Below are positions 38,861 to 50,987 of a stretch of DNA of 62,109 nucleotides, in pieces (position 1 is the first letter of the stretch; every line of letters starts with the position of its first letter). Made by a program: the position numbers and the translations under genes. This DNA is from Octopus bimaculoides. Lineage: Eukaryota. The stretch covers positions 74,494,174 to 74,556,282 of the forward strand of contig NC_068981.1 of assembly GCF_001194135.2 (NCBI RefSeq), read 5' to 3'. Under the pieces are notes generated by a model. It did not search any database. It saw only the letters and a list, made by a program, of their open reading frames with translations, and was not told where the DNA came from.

Positions 38861-39089
38861 TATTGAGGAAGAGAGTTCTAGTCACGTGATAAGAGGTTAA
38901 GAGTATGATAGAGGAATATGAACAGGTATCTTGCTGTTAGAGAGATACGTGATCAATATCCAGTAATCTTGGATTTGTTCTGACTTCTTTTTTACAATGT
39001 ATAATAACAATTCCCTTTCCATATTTAATATTGTAAATTAAGTGTATCTCCAGGTTTACTTATTATCCCCTTATTATTATTATGACTGG

Positions 39090-39690
39090 GTTCCAACCCA
39101 GTCCACAGCAACAAAGTCTATCATCACTGCCTCAAAAGTCCTGGATGCATTCTAGGTCTGTGTTTGCAAACAAAATGTTGATGTGTGATGTTTTCCTCTT
39201 CTTACATCCCCATGAAGTGGGTTCCACAAGGCTAATTTGGATGCTTCCAGTTTAGAGTGTGCACACAGTGACCAGATAGTTGCAGCCATCTTTACTTGTT
39301 ATTCTCCCTAACTTTGCCTGATCCTCTCCCTAACTTTGCCTGATCCTCTCCCTAACTTTGCCTGATCTTCTCCCTAACTTTGCCTGATCTTCTCACTGAC
39401 TTTCAGCAGGTCTCCATAAAGGCATTCATTTGTCATATATTACTGTCATTTTCCATTTAGGGCTACTTGTGTAGCATCCCTCTATCCTGCTTGATAATTT
39501 CTTTGGCAGTGTTCATGTTCCACTGCCATATAATAGTACTGGTTATTTTTCTGTTCACTGTTGACCTGCTTTTTGTTACTTTTAACCAGATGATATTCCA
39601 GTTCATTTTTCTTTAATAGCCCAACATTCAAAATAGCATCATCCATGTGCAATCCCGGCTACTTTTTACCAGACTTACTAAGAACCCCTT
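39090..39690 (-). mobile_element. RTE-clade LINE C-terminal fragment (distinct family), decayed
   Basis: VLLYGSGT*TLPKKLSSRIEGCYT / VALN...YMTNECLYGDLLKVSEKIRQ / RWLQLSGHC / EASKLALWNPLHGDVRRGK. Confidence 0.82.
39303..39403. repeat. 22-bp minisatellite, 4 copies plus a partial copy
   Basis: TCTCCCTAACTTTGCCTGATC(C/T) x4, head to tail with no spacers. Confidence 0.95.
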
Positions 39691-40532
39691 GATGAGAGCT
39701 CGAAAGCCTCTTACCGTAGATACAACTTTCAAGGTGCTATGTATAAATAACACATATTTAGAATATATGTGTAATTTGCATACTAAAATACATGTGTATG
39801 TGTGTTTATTAGCAATGTGAATTATGCACTTGACTCAGTGAATTTCACTTCATTCATTACCTTGCATGATTTTAGCTTTCATGTAATCATTCCCAGACAT
39901 TCAGTGACAACTGGCTGAAAATTCCATATGTTCAGTAAACTGTGGGACAAAGATTTGAATATGAGTATTAATAAATGTGTGTGTGTGTGTTTGAGAGAGA
40001 GAAAAAGAGATAGACAAAGTTAGGGAAAATTTTAGTTTTACTGAAAAATTTTGTCTATTCCAAGCATACAAATTCTGTAACAAAACAAAATAGAGAACCT
40101 AAAATAGGAGACTTCGCCTTAATTACATAGTGTAAATAAAGCAGACTATTGACCTATAAATGTTACGTGTGAGTATATGTATATACACACACACACACAC
40201 ATATAAACATCTCTCTCTCTCTCTGTAGTTTGTATGTGTGTTTGAACTACACTGTCCTGAATGAAGTCACTTACCTGTAGTAGGTCACTGGAAACACTCC
40301 TAACTTACATTTCCAGACACTAACCTCTTGATGCATTCACATTTACACAGCTTTTAATTTTTTTATGTGTGTTTCTTTTTATTATTTTCTTTCTTATTTT
40401 TCTTTATTAACTTTGATGTGAAATGTGGCATAAATATCAATAAATATGTAAATATATAAATAAATAACAGGGGTGGAGTGAATGCTACCATACTTAAAAC
40501 TAAGTTTATTATGGAGACAATCTGTGTTCTTA

Positions 40533-40957
40533 TTACTCTTTACTCTTACTCTTTTACTTGTTTCAGTCATTTGACTGCGGCCATGCTGGAGCACCGCCTT
40601 TAGTCGAGCAAATCAACCCTAGGACTTATTCTTTGTAAGCGTAGTACTTATTCTATCAGTCTCTTTTGCCGAACCACTAAGTTACGGGGACGTAAACACA
40701 CCAGCATCGGTTGTCAAGCAATGTTGAGGGGACAAACACAGACACACAAACATATACACACACATACACATATATATATATATACATACATATATACGAC
40801 AGGCTTCTTTCAGTTTCCGTCTACCAAATCCATTCAAGGCTTTGGTCGGCCCGAGGCTATAGTAGAAGACACTTGCCCAAGGTGCCACACAGTGGGACTG
40901 AACCCGGAACCATGTGGTTGGTAAGCAAGCTACTTACCACACAGCCACTCCTGCGCC
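40533..40957 (-). mobile_element. Family-A SINE (young, full length)
   Basis: Complete from the tail repeats TACTCTT to the head GCCACTCCTGCGCC. Confidence 0.92.
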
Positions 40958-41155
40958 TATGTACATATATACATATCATATTATTTTATATAATTCTTCT
41001 AACATGAATCCTGCATTTAATGATCACTTTGCTACCATGTGGTCTCAGGTTCAGTTTCACTACACAATACCTTGGGTGAGTGCATTGATCAAAAACTCCA
41101 GGATGACTAATGCTTTGCAAGTGAATTTGGTAAATAGAAATTGTGCTGAAGCCTG

Positions 41156-41258
<103 letters not shown>

Positions 41259-41405
41259 ATGGTGTGTTGCTTAGTTGTTAGGATATTGCACTCCTCGTAA
41301 GATTGTGGTTTTGAATCCTGGACTGGCTGATGTATTGTGTTCTTGAGAAAAACACTTCATTAAACAGTGTTCTAGTCCACTCAACTGGTAAAATGTGCAA
41401 TCCAG

Positions 41406-41640
41406 GTGGGGAATACATGCTGAGACCCCCTTCTGTCATGACTGACCGTGAGATTGCACCTAGAAAGTTACCCTCCGAGACACAAGTCCGGCCTCCCCTC
41501 TCCAATGCCACCACTGTTATCCAAGGGAAAGCCAAAGCCCAATACAGCTTAGCACCAGTGATGTCGCAACTCATTTCTACAGCTGAGAGAACTGGAGCAA
41601 TGTGAAATAAAGCGTCTTGCTCAAGAACACAACACAAGAC
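41406..41640 (-). mobile_element. Family-I SINE (H-type CORE with another tail); opposite-strand head fragment at 41262-41402
   Basis: Reverse complement TTGTGTTCTTGAGCAAGACGCTTTATTTCACATTGCTCCAG, followed by a tail unrelated to families C and H. Confidence 0.7.
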
Positions 41641-42403
41641 CATAACTAAAAAGATATAATAGGAATTTTTTTTTAAACATTGAATAGGGTCCAGTAGAGT
41701 AAAATAGGAATCAAACAAGTCCACAAGCAAAAAATGGTTGAGAATCACTATTCTATAGTAACACTAGCAAATGCACCCCTCCTTTGGATGGTTTAAGTTG
41801 CTTTAGTGGTATTTTTTTTTCACCACTACAAAATATAGTTGTTTTACATGAAAGTGAAATTTCTTGTCAGAAACAGCCACATAAATGGTGTAATGAAATT
41901 GAAGGAAGATGTTGAAACTTCCTCTCTGCAAGTTTATTTTATTCAACTCCCGGAGTTATTTTTTCAGAGAGATAAGCTAACAAAAGTCCCTTTATCCTGT
42001 TGTCCCACACAACCTGTGCATCAACTAACAGTGAATGCCACATAAAGTTAAATAGGTATGGAGTATGTGATTGTATAAAAAAGGCTAAAACAATAATGCT
42101 AGAACATATTTGAAATAATGGACAACAGTCGAAATATCATAACAGATGGGTAAATAAGCATCCTTAATGTGAAACAACGCATTATTAGGTAAACAAAAGT
42201 ATCAACAAATAGAAGAGAGGGAAGAGAACATCACCTTTAAAATAGCCCACAATAGGTAAAGGTAAGCTTGCCAAAGTTTAATGCAGTTTAAATATGGAGA
42301 TTAAGATTGTTTGGTACTGGATATTCATCGCATATAGTGTTCCTAGTAAATTCAATAACCGTCTCAGGTGGACAGCCGAAATAAATAAATAGACAAAATT
42401 CTT

Positions 42404-42573
42404 TCATCATCATCATCATCATCATCATCGTTATTTAACGTCTGCTTTCCATGCTAGCATGGGTTGGACGATTTGACTGAGGACTGGTGAAACCAGATGG
42501 CTGCATCAGGCTCCAATCTGATTTGGCAGAGTTTCTACAGCCGGATGCCCTTCCTAACGCCAACCACTCCGAG
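42404..42573 (-). mobile_element. Family-D element, young
   Basis: Near-identical to the reverse complement of 61263-61418; (CAT)n tail. Confidence 0.88.
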
Positions 42574-42785
42574 ATTAAAAAAAGTATGGAAGACCCTACA
42601 TACAAAAAAATTACATCTATTTATGTAAAAGCTCTGGGAAAAATATTATAGTTCATGACCATCCTTGTGATGTANNNNNNNNNNATTAAAAAAAGTATGG
42701 AAGACCCTACATACAAAAAAATTACATCTATTTATGTAAAAACTCTGGGAAAAATATTATAGTTCATGACCATCCTTGTGATGTA
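42574..42785. other. 101-bp duplication across a 10-N gap (probable assembly artefact)
   Basis: 42574-42674 equals 42685-42785 except for one G/A difference. Confidence 0.85.
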
Positions 42786-44054
42786 ATTAATGTGTGTGTA
42801 TAGTTTGGTGAAAATCAGTTGAGAATTGTGGAAATGTATGCATTAGTCATTATACACACACTTACTGTGATTTAAATATATTAGATAACATTCACAGGTG
42901 TTGGACTCCAACTATGCTGAGGCACTTTTTTTGAAAGGTTTAGTTGAATAAATCGACCCCAATACTTATTTTCTAAACCTCATACTTATATTGTCAGTCT
43001 CTTTTGCTGAACTGCTAAGTTATGGGGAAGTAAGCAAGCCAATATTAGTTATCAAGCAGTGGTGGGGGACAAACAATACAAAGACAAACAGACACACACA
43101 TAATACATATATACAAATGATGGGCTTCTTACAGTTTCTGTCCCCCACATCCACTGATAAAGCTTTAGTTGTCATTGAGGTATACTTGAAGACACTGCTC
43201 CAAAGTGTCATGCAGTGAGATTGAACCCAAGACCATATGGTTGGGAAAAACCTTCTTAACTACACAACCACACCTCATCTTGTTATATGAGTCTCACTAC
43301 CCCTTTCATGTATACAAGTATTTTGATTTCAGGTAAATGATTATAAAGAAGTATTTTATAACATCATATTGCTGGAAATTTTTGTTTTCAAGGTATATCA
43401 TGTGCCACTGAAAAGCCCCACAGCATGTCACTGCTAATATACATCATAGATTTGCTGGCAATGTTGTCATGTATTATGCTTTGTTGTTTGGTGAACATTG
43501 TTGTCCATATATCATAATCTTGACTATGATAAGCAGTTGAAAATTAGGTCTTTTGGATTGGGGTTTAATTGGGTTACAACTAAAAATAAAATTAAAATAG
43601 GTGAAGGAAAAAGGAAATAATAATCCATGACGAATATCACTATCAAATTTATTATNNNNNNNNNNNNNNNNNNNNNNNNNNNNNNNNNNNNNNNNNNNNN
43701 NNNNNNNNNNNNNNNNNNNNNNNNNNNNNNNNNNNNNNNNNNNNNNNNNNNNNNNNNNNNNNNNNNNNNNNNNNNNNNNNNNNNNNNNNNNNNNNNNNNN
43801 NNNNNNNNNNNNNNNNNNNNNNNNNNNNNNNNNNNNNNNNNNNNNNNNNNNNNNNNNNNNNNNNNNNNNNNNNNNNNNNNNCATATATATGTATAAGTGT
43901 GTGTGTCCGTGTCCTTTTATCTGGGTCAGTTTTCTGTGAAAATTTTGACTTTGTAATGTTTTCTCATATTTAGGTAGCTAGGCATCAGCTGTCCTGATGC
44001 AGTATCTATGTACATACATACACACATTTATACATACTTACAAACACATGCGTG

Positions 44055-44085
<31 letters not shown>

Positions 44086-44582
44086 TGCACTGCTACTCCA
44101 GTTAGAGTATTTGTCAGAGTTCCTTTGATTACATTGCAAACAAATGTGCTAATGGGGAAACCACTACATGGTTGCCTGACCTACAACCAAATACAATAAT
44201 TGCTTTTTAATATCGACATAAGACCAGGAACTTTCAGGCATACAGGTATTGTGAATTATAGAATAAAGTCAATGATAGAATAAATTACTGTTCAAGTACC
44301 CAGGGTTGACCCTGGTACTTGAATGGTACTTTATTCTATCAAGCCTGAAAAAATGGAAAACGGACTTGAATAGGATTTGAACATAGAACATTAAGATTTG
44401 GAACTAATACCACAAGGCATTTTGTCTGGTGCTTTAACAATTCTGCTAGTCCACTCCCAATTACAGTATTTATGTTCCTTTGATTACCTTGTGAACAAAT
44501 GTGCTAACAGGTGGGGTGAGAGAAGCGAATGGTTTCTGCATGTTATCTTGTCTTACAACCAAGTGATATAGTATTTTAATTC

Positions 44583-44790
44583 TTTCTAGTGTATGTACAA
44601 GGCCTGAAATTTTGAGGGAGGAGGCTGTTGATTACATTAACCCCAGTGTTCAACTGGTATTTTTTGTTAACCCTGAAAGGATGAAAGGCAAACATGACCT
44701 TAACTGATTTTGGGCTCAAAATGTAAAACGAGAAGAAATGCTGCTAAGCATTTTACTGGCAAGCTTGCAATTCTCCCAGCTTGCTGCTTT
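44583..44790 (-). mobile_element. Family-B SINE (CpG-decayed)
   Basis: Reverse body CAACTGGTATTTTT..CCCTGAAAGGATGAAAGGCAAA. Confidence 0.75.
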
Positions 44791-44797
44791 TAAGTGA

Positions 44798-45003
44798 TTA
44801 AACTGGCTGTATCCAGCACACATATTCTACTCATTTTATGCTCAGACTGGCCAGAGCTAGCATCTTACACCCATCCTGCTATGTCATTCTAAAAATAAAC
44901 AATTACATCTTTCAAATCTTGAAGCTACAAGATAATACCAGATTAATTTTTAAAAATGTGAATAAATAAGGATTATTCACAAAGTAATCTGAATCCTAAA
45001 GTG
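44798..45003 (+). mobile_element. piggyBac-type MITE (family G), left end damaged
   Basis: Interior shared with 22166-22380; right end AATCCTAAAGTG-TTAA. Confidence 0.65.
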
Positions 45004-46550
45004 TTAAATGTTATAGTAAAATAGCCAAATGTTGTAAGTATAGCAGTCAAATATCCTTCAAATCAGAGCCTACTCTCATTAGCAAAAACAAAAAAAAATA
45101 TGCTTGAGCAGTCACAGTCCAAACTTGTATTTTATTATAGTATCTGCTGGATCGGAGCTAACCTGAATCTAAATGAAAACAACATCATGTAAATAAACCT
45201 GTCCATATGACTAAAATTAGTAGTTCAGCAAAAGAGATTGATAGAATAAGTACTAAGCTACAAAAAAAAAAAAATGTCCTGGGTTCGATTTGTTTGACTA
45301 AAATCCTTCAAGGCGGTGCCCCAGCATGGCCACAGTCAAATGACTGAAACAAGTAAAAGAATTCCAAAATATTACACAGTGTCAGTTTTATGAACAATTG
45401 TGAAATAAAACAAATATAAATTTAGAAAAGAATTAAAATTTTAATTTTATTTAATTCTTCATTATTTTCCAAATTAATTGAAGCAAAAGCCATGCCATTT
45501 CAACAGAAATGTTGTAACAAAAGGTTTAAACCCAGATCAGCAACAGTTCAGCAGACCCAAGGTCAACAGTACTCCAGTCATAACCATCCTGCCTTTACAA
45601 GGTATAGTGTGTATTCAACACTGCGTTATTTAGGATAGACTTATCTCATATACTTTATAAAAGTCAGGAGTCATTTTAGGGAAATTTGGCAGCTATTTCT
45701 AACAGATTGAATGACTATGCAGAGGCTCCCACATTAGCTCAACCTAAGTAATAGTTGCTTTTAGTTCTCAGACAACTTCAATGAAGAAAGAGCTCTATAA
45801 TCTAGCGAGAGATCAGCTATGACTACCTACTTCTACACCCTTAAATGGTGGATTTGAGATGACATTATGACAGGGTGGGACTTGAAGGAGATTGGGTTGC
45901 TATTTCTAAAATGCCAAGTAAACAAATTAACCACATGCATGCAGTCAAGATCTAAACCATCTACATTTGAACCACAAATTATTTCAGGTGTTTTTAGATT
46001 ATAAAATTATGAAAAACAAAAAATAATCCCAAAAAGATTTACCAAGAACAAGTAATAATTTGAAGACAAACCACTTCACTAAGACAACAAACACATTCTG
46101 GAAACTTCTGTTATGACAAACACTATTTAAAATAGGTGACATTTCAATGTAAATTTTGCCAGCTGCATTTGGAAATAACATGCCAAGAAGACACAAATAA
46201 TCTAGATATAGCTTTAGGACCTAGTGTTAATGAACACTGTCAATTCTGTTTTTGAATTTGGAATTTTGTTATTCACTATCATTCAGGCCAATCCTTTCAG
46301 TCGATAACACAGTGCTCAATACAGGGTTCTGCATTTGCATATCTTGTCATATATATATATATGACAGGTTCCTTTCAGTTTCCCCTCTACCAAATCCACT
46401 CACAAGGCTTTGTTTGGCCCAGGCTAGAGTAGAATACACTTGCCCAAGGTGCCATGTAGTGGGACTGAATCTGGAACTATGTGGCTGGGAACCAAGCTTC
46501 TTGCCACACAGCCATGCATTTCTTTTATTTTGGCTGCATATCTTTTTAAA

Positions 46551-46736
46551 CCCTAGGCATTTAAACCAGCTATATCCAGCCCAAATATGCTACCTGTTTT
46601 ATGCTTAAACTGGCCAAATCTGGCCTCTCAATGCCATTCTAGAAATAAACACAAAGCTATGAGATAATGCAAGATTAATTCAAAACAATGTGAATTAATA
46701 AGCATTAAATTTGACTGTAATCTGAATGCTAAAGAG
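46551..46736 (+). mobile_element. piggyBac-type MITE (family G)
   Basis: CCCTAGGCATTTAAACC ... CTGAATGCTAAAGAG-TTAA. Confidence 0.75.
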
Positions 46737-47389
46737 TTAAACAAAAACAGTCTTCTGTGTGCTTCTTGTTAAAAAGCATATAAAACATGAAATTAGCTTT
46801 GAATCTTAAGGGGAAAACAGTAAAAAATTAAAGTACACTGGGAAGAGATATTTACGAAAATTGAACTTCAAATGTCACCAGGCAAACAAATGTTCTTTTT
46901 CTTATTTATTTATAGAATCCTTTAAAGTGCAACTTTGCTCTTTTTAACATTTCAGGGATCATTTCATAAGTATGTGTCACTGTGCTATCTGATGCTATTG
47001 AGCAGAGCATTTGGAATATCGCATGTCAGGACACTATAATCACCAACTGGCTCAAGTAACTGTCATTTAATCAGTTTTGGAGATAGTCTTCTGTCTGTCT
47101 TGACGATCTTCATGTAACATTATTAAACATAACATGTCCATAAAAGACATTATCTCAACATGAAAACCACAGTAAATTTGCCTTTCACAATGTATTTATA
47201 TTAAGTATGATACACAGATGGCTATATTAATCTAATACCGCTTCTGTTGTTAGAAAATTACTTTTTTTTTTTTTTGTGAGATTTAAAAATAGTAATTTTC
47301 TAATTCATAGATCAGTGACTAGTTGTCACTTTGAAAACTATATGCTTTGAACGGGAATTTGGCAGTGCCGCCTCTAGCTAAACAATTAT

Positions 47390-47434
47390 TCTGTGCTGAT
47401 GAAGGGAAATAACCCGGAAATCGCCTTACACAGA
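47390..47434 (+). ncRNA. Type-I minimal hammerhead-ribozyme-like motif (Penelope-type)
   Basis: TCTGTG-CTGATGA-A-GGG-AAATAA-CCC-G-GAAA-TCGCCT-TA-CACAGA: 6-bp helix I, intact CUGAUGA and GAAA cores, 3-bp helix II and a degenerate helix III. Confidence 0.6.
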
Positions 47435-48849
47435 TATTGTTCTGAGCTGAGTGGGGGCTCTAGATTCCCTTGTTTGAAAGTATAAGGACATAGATCGTGT
47501 CGTATCACCAGCTGGAGACGATGTCTCCTGGGTCTAGATTACAGCAACATTCGGCCTAAACCAGGACTGCCATGTTATGTTGGCAAACAATCTTTACTGC
47601 TTCTGTTGTATATAACAGATTTTTAATATCTATATCAAAGAATTGCGAAGATGCACGGTCTGTTGGTTAGGCTGTTGCACTCACTTCGATTCCCTGACTG
47701 TAGAGCCTTAACTTTTTCAGTCTCTCCCAGTAGCTGACATGTCATATTGAGACAATCATCTTTGTATAGCTTCACTGGATTGCTTTGAGTTCTGTTGTTA
47801 ATTTTACACTGTGTCGTGACCATAGTTGGGAGCATATTATGTAACTTTTTTACAACTATATTTACATGTACTTACACAGTATATATCCATTATTACTATT
47901 TGATATACTAAATTGCAGTACTGACAAATGACAGCCTCAGCAGATATTATCCTGCTTTTATGATGCTGTTTATTTCATTCTGGAAACTGTTACCATGTGG
48001 ACTGTACTTTGATATATATTCATAGGACTTGAAAGGCTGTGGATATTGTTCCTAACTTTAAAAAAGGGTAGCCAATTACATGGTTATGCACTGAATTCCA
48101 GACATTAAATTAGCATTTTTATCATGAATTGGAAATCATTTATTTCATTATTTAATTACTGATAATTATAGATTTTAAAATTTATATCTATATCAAAGCA
48201 GCAAACTGACAGAATCGTTAGCATGCTGGGAAAATGCTTAGTGGCATTTCATCCATCTATATGTTCTGAGTGAGTTCAAATTCCACCAAGGTCTACTTTG
48301 CTTTTTATCCTTTTGACTGGGATTGATGTAATTGCTGGCCTTGTGCCAAAATTTGAAACCAATGTTTACATCTGTATACTTTACAGAAAATAGACTATCT
48401 GGGTGGGCACTGCCCTACCCAGATTCTGTTAGAAAAATAGACATGCATGTGCCTATGTATGCACTAACACGTGTATGTACATACTTATTTGTATGCATAT
48501 GAACACACCACACATGCACATGTATGCACTCACACATGTATGCACGTACATATTTGTATGCTTGCACATGTATATACACTCATAGATGGAAGAAGAGTGT
48601 TTTTAGCAAATTTGTTGCACAGTATAAAAAACGAAAAGCACTGAACATTTACACTTTTGTTATGTAAGTCCTTGTAATCCAAATACACTGTTACACTGCT
48701 GATTCTGATAACCATGGCTGATGGGAGGTGTTTCATGTATAAATCCTTGTCTAGTAGTAATCATTCTGATTTAGAACAGTGTTTTTCGAGGTACATGCTC
48801 CATGTAATATGTTGGTGAGTCATGGGTTTTTTTCAGAATGGAGCATAAG

Positions 48850-49059
48850 TAGTATTCTCTCTAAGCTATGCCTTCATGTGCATGCAGATTTTCCCATTAG
48901 AAAAAGAAAAAATCGAAAAAATGTGCACACCAAGTTTTCAAGATTTGAGTGATGATTACACATATGAATGTGCACATACATTGCAAAGAAAGATAAAATT
49001 TGCATTCAATGCTAATTTCTGTGCACACCCACTATAAAAATTATTAAGAGGCAACATTG
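48850..49059. mobile_element. Possible hAT-type MITE
   Basis: TAGTATTCTCTCTAAG and TTAAGAGGCAACATTG are imperfect TIRs of the CAGTGTTCCCTCTAA type; no convincing TSD. Confidence 0.45.
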
Positions 49060-49109
49060 GGTATATCTAAATAACACGTGAATAAAACATGCAATAAAGT
49101 TTCAATTAA

Positions 49110-49270
49110 CCCTTTAGCATTCAGGTTTCTTTGACAAATGTAATACTTATTTATTCACATTGTTTTGAATTAATCAAAGTGTAGGCGTGAGAGGCCAAAA
49201 ATCTAGCTAATTTGAACATAAAACAGGTAGAATATTTTGGCCAAATATTGCATGTTTAAATTCTAAAGGG
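49110..49270 (-). mobile_element. piggyBac-type MITE (family G) with both TTAA TSDs
   Basis: TTAA(49106-49109)-CCCTTTAGCATT ... AATTCTAAAGGG-TTAA(49271-49274). Confidence 0.85.
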
Positions 49271-49920
49271 TTAAAACTTATTTTCAAATGTGTGTGTGTG
49301 TGTGCGTGCGTGTATGCGTGTCTGCTGCAGACTTTGTGTTTATGGTGAGAGGTGTATATTTTTTGAAAATCAAACTGGGGTGTGGAACAAAGAGGGTTAA
49401 GAAATGCTGATCTAAAAAGACAATTATGATAATGTAGCATTTTGTCATAAGTCTAAATTACATGTTACTTGGTTGTTTTACCTTTTCATTGCCTGTGGAA
49501 ATAAGTTAATAATTGGTAGTTTGTTACTGATATGTGTGTGTGAATGTACTTATGTGTGTGAACTTATATGTATTTTTGTGTGTTTGTATATATGTTTGTG
49601 TGTGTGTATATATATATAATATATAATCTTATGAAAGAAATTCAAATTTAACCATCAACCAATTCCTCTGTATTCTGTCTCTGACAACCATTTGACATGT
49701 CATAATTAGATGTTACACTATAAAGCATTTATATATTACAATGTATCGTATTTAATTAATAAATGTCAAATTTGCTATTATTAAATTTAAATATATATAT
49801 ATATCAGATAATTAATGAACACATAGTTTTCTGGTATAACCTAAAATTTTCTACCTATGGAGACATAAATGCATTTGTTTACATTTTTTTTTATTGTTAT
49901 TTACATTAAATGTAGTAAGG

Positions 49921-49960
<40 letters not shown>

Positions 49961-50434
49961 ATATGTCAAACCATCCAATCCATGCCAGCATGGAAACGGA
50001 TGTGAAATGATGATGGTGATATATGAAGGCACAGCATGGCCGTGTGGTTAACAAGTTCACTTCCCAGTCACATGGTTTCACTACACAGCACCTTAGATTA
50101 GTGTCTTCCATTATATCTTTGTGATTGGATTTGGTCGTTGGAAGCTGAAGGAAGCCTGTTTTGTATGTGTGTGTGTGTATCATCAATATAATTATTATTA
50201 TAATAATTTTAATATCCACTTTTCATGCTTGCATGGGTTGGACAGATTTCTTGAGGCAGATTTTCTACACCTGGATGTCCTTCTTGTTGCCAACTCTGCA
50301 GGCTCTCTCCCTCCTCCTTCTCTCTCTATATATACACACACACACATATACCCAAGTAAGCACATAAATGTGAAACAAGGAAAAAATAGTACGCGAATAC
50401 CAGAGGTAAAATAATATGCATTATTATTAAAGCT

Positions 50435-50587
50435 GCAAAAATATCACAGAAAAAGCTCCTACTAAGCTACTCAGAGTTTTACGTTCCCGTTTGTCAGGCA
50501 GTTGTGATCAAGAATGATGATCACAACTGCCCAATGAACAGGAATGTGAAACTCTGAGTATCAGTCTTTTTTTTGTGATACTTTTGC
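50435..50587. ncRNA. Inverted repeat carrying two decayed hammerhead-ribozyme copies (one per strand)
   Basis: Arms 50435-50510 and 50518-50587; the core aligns at 36/43 positions. Consensus ACTGC-CTGAYGA-ACR-GGAA-YGT-GAAA-CTCTGAGT-A-GCAGT. Confidence 0.7.
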
Positions 50588-50987
50588 AATGGTTTTATAG
50601 CTTCAGTTATAAAATATGTAGACATACATACATACATGTGTGTGTGTGTGTGTGTGTGTGTGAGTGTACACACACACTGTAGTATTTTTGTATAAGGCAC
50701 AGAAAGTGCAACAAATTTACTAAGTGCTGGTGTGAGAGAAAAGGAATAAAAAGGACTTTTGTCTTGTTATAAACAAGAGGAAAAGACAGGAATTGAAGAT
50801 CCCAACTTCGGCAATGTTCACACTACAAAAGATAGAATGATTACCAGAAAAGGATAGATTAAACATGAAACATCTCTCATCAGCCATGGCTGTCAGAATC
50901 AGTATAGTTTCAGTGTATTTGAATTACAGAAACTTACATAATGAAAATGTAAATGGGCCTTTATGTTCATTGCTTTTCTTTTTATAC

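Noticed and set aside
39303-39403. CRISPR-like array
   Set aside because: Units are contiguous with no spacers, in a eukaryotic LINE context.
39689-39713. Hammerhead at TTGATGA-G-AGCT-C-GAAAG
   Set aside because: C3 is missing, and there is no helix I and no palindromic helix III; likely chance.
46930-47050. Acceptor at 46955 (and a similar one at 55916) as laminin exon 2
   Set aside because: Phase-1 translation stops within a few codons (46955) or after about 12 codons (55916), with no KAFDITY-like peptide.
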